A stretch of DNA of 22,263 bases. It comes from an uncultured archaeon (GTDB lineage: Archaea > Asgardarchaeota > Lokiarchaeia > Sigyniarchaeales > SOKP01). The position numbers were made by a program, and so were the translations under genes. The DNA lies in assembly GCA_964388035.1 (NCBI GenBank), contig CAYLZE010000085.1, positions 1 through 22,263 of the forward strand. The letters are read 5' to 3'. Below, in pieces: positions 18,176 through 22,263 of this stretch (positions within the stretch are counted from its first letter, which is position 1; each line of letters opens with the position of its first letter). The notes beneath the pieces were generated by a model. That model was given only the letters and a program-made list of their open reading frames with translations. It made no database searches and was not told where the DNA came from.

Positions 18176-18265
18176 TTTTGTTATTCTAAAAAGGCTAAGT
18201 CTGAGATCTCGAAAAAATCTTTTTTTTTTCTTTCCCCAGAATTTTCTTGAAGAATTAATATGACA

Positions 18266-19420
18266 TCACACTTCCACCTTCTTTAATTTGAATATGAGAT
18301 AAGCAAGAAAGAGAAACACCAAACTAATTAAATTTAAAGAAATAAAATGCTGGAGAGTGATCGATAACCCTTTTAAAGTGATTTCGACTAATAACGGAAT
18401 GGCGTGACCCAAGGGTAAACTATTAATTAATATTTGTAAGGCGGGAGATAAAGAAGAAGTATCAACAAAAGTTCCTGAAAGAAGGAGCATTGTTATAAAA
18501 AACATGATATAAAGTTGGTTTGCGGTTTGCTCTGATGGACTGATTGCAGAGATGAACAACCCTATGCACACGCCACTGAACCCGATGGCAACCAATACGA
18601 TATAAAGTTCAAAGAGTGAACCTAGAGAATACAACCCAAATAGCGCAATAGTTACAAATATTTCCGCAGATTGCAAAAGCATGATTAAACTATTCGCGAC
18701 CAATTTACTAATTATGATTTCATTTTTTGCCGTGGGTGTTAGCAACATCCTGGGGAGGGGTCCTTCAGATACGATTGACAGCGAGGTGAGATTCATGGTA
18801 GTACCAATAATAATGAGAGGTAACATGATAGAAACTGCATAATTTAATATTTGGGGTTCCCAAAAAGGCACGTCATATTCCAGATAGGGGTTCATGACGA
18901 CCATATTTTTTGTCATTCCTACTTTTGCTCGAAACAGCGCTATGGGTTCTTGTAATGATACTTCAATGGCTGCAACAGCATTCAGCTCCGAACCATCCAC
19001 ATAATAAATTATAACGGGATCTACTCCCTTAATAACGGACTCTGAAAAATTTGTCGGTAAAATAATGAATACATCAATTGTCTCTTGCCGTAATAATTCA
19101 ATATATCGATTAAAAGTATATTCATATCCCGTAATATTCCGGGCTATGTATGATTCATAAAGACCAAAAGAGGTGGTGTTATCGCGCATGATGGAGATAA
19201 AATCATTTTCATATGCATGGGAATCTTTTCTAAAGCCTCTCCAACAGTGCATTTCATCTTTACTAATAATAGCTGCATTGAAAAATTTTGTTGGACCTCC
19301 TCCAGAAGTCAGTCCAAAAATAATTATCAAGATTAAGGGAATAATGAATATCATGACTAAAGTTCTTCTATCTGACCTAATCCGACCAAATTCCTTAAAG
19401 ATTAATCCACGTATATTCAA
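18266..19420 (-). CDS. ABC-2 type permease with extracellular domain (paralogue of 17036..18175)
   Basis: KEFGRIRSDRRT, TM1, ectodomain (FIILPTNFS, VDGS), LLSGTFV...SLPLGHA. TTG start preceded by aggag. Confidence 0.92.
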   Translation of the reverse strand: MNIRGLIFKEFGRIRSDRRTLVMIFIIPLILIIIFGLTSGGGPTKFFNAAIISKDEMHCWRGFRKDSHAYENDFISIMRDNTTSFGLYESYIARNITGYEYTFNRYIELLRQETIDVFIILPTNFSESVIKGVDPVIIYYVDGSELNAVAAIEVSLQEPIALFRAKVGMTKNMVVMNPYLEYDVPFWEPQILNYAVSIMLPLIIIGTTMNLTSLSIVSEGPLPRMLLTPTAKNEIIISKLVANSLIMLLQSAEIFVTIALFGLYSLGSLFELYIVLVAIGFSGVCIGLFISAISPSEQTANQLYIMFFITMLLLSGTFVDTSSLSPALQILINSLPLGHAIPLLVEITLKGLSITLQHFISLNLISLVFLFLAYLIFKLKKVEV

Positions 19421-19512
19421 TTCATGCTTCTCCTTCTACTTTCCCCTAACTCTCTTCATTTTTTTATTTTAAATATTCAATATTCATGTTTAAGTACATA
19501 AAAACCTTGGAA

Positions 19513-19526
19513 TTTATATATTTTTT
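19513..19526 (-). promoter_or_regulatory. Possible BRE/TATA box upstream of the ABC cluster
   Basis: The minus strand reads aaaaaa-TATATAAA about 95 nt upstream of the TTG at 19420. Weak evidence in an AT-rich background. Confidence 0.25.
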
Positions 19527-19530
19527 AGCT

Positions 19531-20973
19531 CTAGGAAAGATAGGTGTTTTGATACCAATCTTTTAGATTTTTGAAACGAGAAGACTTGAATGTAGTGAGG
19601 AGGTGATTTTTCGCATCCTTTTTTATTTTTTCGAATAATGCTTCACAAATTTTTGGATTATCTTGACTAATGTCTTTGCTCCATGTCGGGTCTCTAGTGA
19701 GATCATACAATTTTTGAAAAGATCGATCGTTTGCTGTTATTAGGGCATAATGATCATCCTTATAAAGTGTCCAAAGACTCATGCCACATGTGATGTAATC
19801 TCTGCCCTCGAGTTCATGATCCTGTTCATCAACAAATCGAGAAAGGTCTAAACCATCCAAATTATTTGGTCTTTCTTTGCCAAGAAACCCAAGAATTGTA
19901 GGCAAGATATCGTGAACATACACGTGACTTTTGGTTATTTTTTTAGGTCCCTTTATACCTCCAGGGGGTTTGATCATTAGAGGAATATCCACTAATTCGG
20001 GATAAAGATGGGTAGGGATTTTTCCTATCGCACTATGTTCTCCTAAACTGTGTCCATGATCACTCAATAGAATAATTAATGATTCTTCATAAATTTCCAA
20101 TTCTTTTAACTTCTCAATAAAATGACCAAACCAAGCATCGCACAAAGATACTTCTCCAGAATAGCATGCCCGCATGCATTTTAATTCTTCCCTTGACATG
20201 TATGTTAAAGATTCTCCATAAATGGGTAGAATAATCCTATTACCTCGATATGCTTTATCTAAATAGAGCTGAAGATATTGTTGCGGAGGATCCCAGGGTT
20301 CATGGGGATCAAACTCATCTATTAATAAGAAAATGTTGCTATAATTCTTTAAAATATCAAGGGTTTCGATAGCTTTTTGAAATGTTTTAGCGGGAAAATA
20401 ATTTTTCTCCTCTTTCCGATATTGCACGTTAGCAAAATAGCGACTTAATAATAATTTTTGCAATTGGACTTGAGCTTTATTTTCTTTCGTTTTATTTACT
20501 AAAAATTTACGTATATAGCTATTGATCTCACGCTTATCTCCTTTTAATCTTGCATGGTATTTATCAAACTCTTGTCCCCGAATAGCATGCCATTCATCAA
20601 ACCCTAAATGAAAATTCATGTTGGGTTTAAATTGATGATAAGTGCTTGTAATAAATGAGGTAATATATCCCAATCGAGTAAGGTATTCTGACAAATGTTT
20701 TTGATTGGAAGGAATGGGTGTCCAACCAGGGGACTCTACCATATCATCCGTTCTTAAGAAAGAAACATCTTGATTAAAGGGGAATGTTCTAATTCCCGTA
20801 TGAACGGCGCGGCGCACGGGTATGGTAGGCAAAGATTCAGGATACGCTTTTTCGAATACAATAGAATCATTAGCAAAAGCGTCGAAATGGGGAGTGTGTA
20901 TTTGATCATTCCCATAAATTTTGCCTACATGATCCTTTCTTAATGTATCAAATATTATCAAAAAGATTTTCAT
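19531..20973 (-). CDS. Sulfatase-like alkaline-phosphatase-superfamily hydrolase (Thr at nucleophile position)
   Basis: IIFDTLRKDH, TPHFD, PTIPVRRAVHTG (position of CxPxRxxxxTG), DPHEPW, LSDHG, PLMIK, LYDLTRDP. No signal peptide. Confidence 0.9.
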   Translation of the reverse strand: MKIFLIIFDTLRKDHVGKIYGNDQIHTPHFDAFANDSIVFEKAYPESLPTIPVRRAVHTGIRTFPFNQDVSFLRTDDMVESPGWTPIPSNQKHLSEYLTRLGYITSFITSTYHQFKPNMNFHLGFDEWHAIRGQEFDKYHARLKGDKREINSYIRKFLVNKTKENKAQVQLQKLLLSRYFANVQYRKEEKNYFPAKTFQKAIETLDILKNYSNIFLLIDEFDPHEPWDPPQQYLQLYLDKAYRGNRIILPIYGESLTYMSREELKCMRACYSGEVSLCDAWFGHFIEKLKELEIYEESLIILLSDHGHSLGEHSAIGKIPTHLYPELVDIPLMIKPPGGIKGPKKITKSHVYVHDILPTILGFLGKERPNNLDGLDLSRFVDEQDHELEGRDYITCGMSLWTLYKDDHYALITANDRSFQKLYDLTRDPTWSKDISQDNPKICEALFEKIKKDAKNHLLTTFKSSRFKNLKDWYQNTYLS

Positions 20974-21100
20974 GAGAAGTAATATGAGTTGTGTATTGAA
21001 ATTCTTCTAAACTTATATAAAAAGAATAATAAAGATTCTTAAATAAAATTCTGGAATTAATAACCTTGGGTGTGCAGATAAGATAGAAAATCACCCATCC

Positions 21101-22084
21101 TTAATCTTGTATTAATTTCTTCAAAATTAGAAGCATGGAATAAATATCATGGTAATTATGCTCAATACATTTTTTAATTAATCCGATGTATCGATTCGGA
21201 TTTTCCTTGTACTTTCTGTAGCATAATCCTACCATGCTACTTGGTAGTTCATTTTGTCTTTTAAAATTCAATAATTGGGTTTCAATACTCGTCAAGCTAT
21301 AATTTTCATACTTGCCCTTGAATTTTCTTCGGCAATTATGATAGAGATCCAAGTGATAATATTGCGTATTACTTTTTTCATAAGGATCTTCGCTCTCGAG
21401 AATCATTGGATTTTCATCAAAAAAATAAAGTAATCGATTTGCTATGTAAGGAATATCAAAGCTTTTTCCATTATAAGTAATGAATCCTTTAAATCTGGGA
21501 AGAATTTCTTTTCGGAAATATTCCAAAATAGCGATTTCTTCTTCCAATTCTCTACTAAACAGTTGAGAAATTACAAATTTTTCATTATCATAATACCCTA
21601 ATCCTAAAATAATGATTGAGCTATCATAAAGATCTAATGTTTCTATATCAATAAATAACAGTTCTTTTTTATTAAAACAGAAGATTAAATCTAAATCTTG
21701 AATATAGCGATTTTTACTCAATGTGACATGATCTTTTTTTTTAATTAACTCCAAAATTTCATTTGCAGAATTTCGATATCGTAAATTAAATCTCAAGTCT
21801 AAAAGAGTTTTAACACCCCTGCGAAATAAATCTCGTTCAATAGCTTCTCCTATATAATATACAGTTTTTAAGTTCTGGAGTAGTTTTTTCTTAGTAAAAT
21901 GTAAACACAAATCATTTTGTGAGACATCCAAGACATTCTTGACTTCCATGAATTGTCCCATTTCATTCCTGAGGATATTATAATTTGGAAAGAGATCCTC
22001 TATAGCTTTACCCCGATATTTCGTAATATAATCCGTGATGTTTACGCTGATTTCTTCAATATTTAGATGAAAATCCATTGCCAA
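21101..22084 (-). CDS. YprB/MrfB-like RNase H-fold DEDD 3'-5' exonuclease with helix-hairpin-helix segment
   Basis: FIDIET (ExoI), TYNGKSFDIPYI (ExoII), HLDLYH, YSLTSIE, EHNYHDI (ExoIII); HhH-like LKTVYYIGEAIERDLFRRGVKTLLDL. Confidence 0.88.
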   Translation of the reverse strand: MAMDFHLNIEEISVNITDYITKYRGKAIEDLFPNYNILRNEMGQFMEVKNVLDVSQNDLCLHFTKKKLLQNLKTVYYIGEAIERDLFRRGVKTLLDLRFNLRYRNSANEILELIKKKDHVTLSKNRYIQDLDLIFCFNKKELLFIDIETLDLYDSSIIILGLGYYDNEKFVISQLFSRELEEEIAILEYFRKEILPRFKGFITYNGKSFDIPYIANRLLYFFDENPMILESEDPYEKSNTQYYHLDLYHNCRRKFKGKYENYSLTSIETQLLNFKRQNELPSSMVGLCYRKYKENPNRYIGLIKKCIEHNYHDIYSMLLILKKLIQD

Positions 22085-22263
22085 AATCTTAAAATGTAAT
22101 TCTCTTTAAAAAAGAAAAATCTCTAACGATTTTTAGTAAAATAACGTGCTTTTAAAACAAAATCCTTCTTTGCTGATTTTAAAAATTAACTTTATCAATA
22201 ATTATTATTCAAAGAAAAAATCAATGTTAGGAATAACATCTTTTGCATGTTTTCTAGAAGAAC

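Noticed and set aside
19421-19459. In-frame upstream ATG 19459 separated from permease 1 by one TAG (possible pyrrolysine readthrough)
   Set aside because: TTG 19420 has a good RBS and a family-typical N-terminus, and nothing else supports recoding.
7659-19472. Remaining short ORFs (7659, 10743, 11352, 12701, 12988, 13703, 17301, 17930, 19173)
   Set aside because: Shadows of well-supported genes on the opposite strand or in another frame.
1-22263. CRISPR array, tRNA/rRNA, transposase or integrase
   Set aside because: No regularly spaced repeats, no GC-rich structured segment and no recombinase motifs were seen.

Overview
AT-rich (roughly 30% GC by eye), densely coding window that looks like an Asgard archaeal (Lokiarchaeia-type) chromosome. 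This is an inference from a longin-domain protein, an RWD/UBC-like domain, TPR proteins, archaeal-type GGTGA/GGAGG ribosome-binding motifs and oligo-T terminators. The left part has a long coiled-coil protein followed by two paralogous GNAT acetyltransferases, two TPR proteins, a small hypothetical and an AmmeMemoRadiSam radical SAM enzyme. The right part is one long minus-strand run: YprB-like exonuclease, sulfatase-like hydrolase with a Thr nucleophile, a six-gene ABC cluster, GlpD and a membrane protein. The ABC cluster (19420-10127) is the most unusual element. It has two ABC-2 permeases, a soluble ATPase, a second intact ATPase tethered through a TM helix to an extracellular double prenyltransferase-type (alpha/alpha)6 barrel, a third catalytically dead ATPase fused to an RWD/UBC-like domain, and a longin domain fused to about 4 TM helices. 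No RNA genes, CRISPR arrays or mobile elements were recognised.
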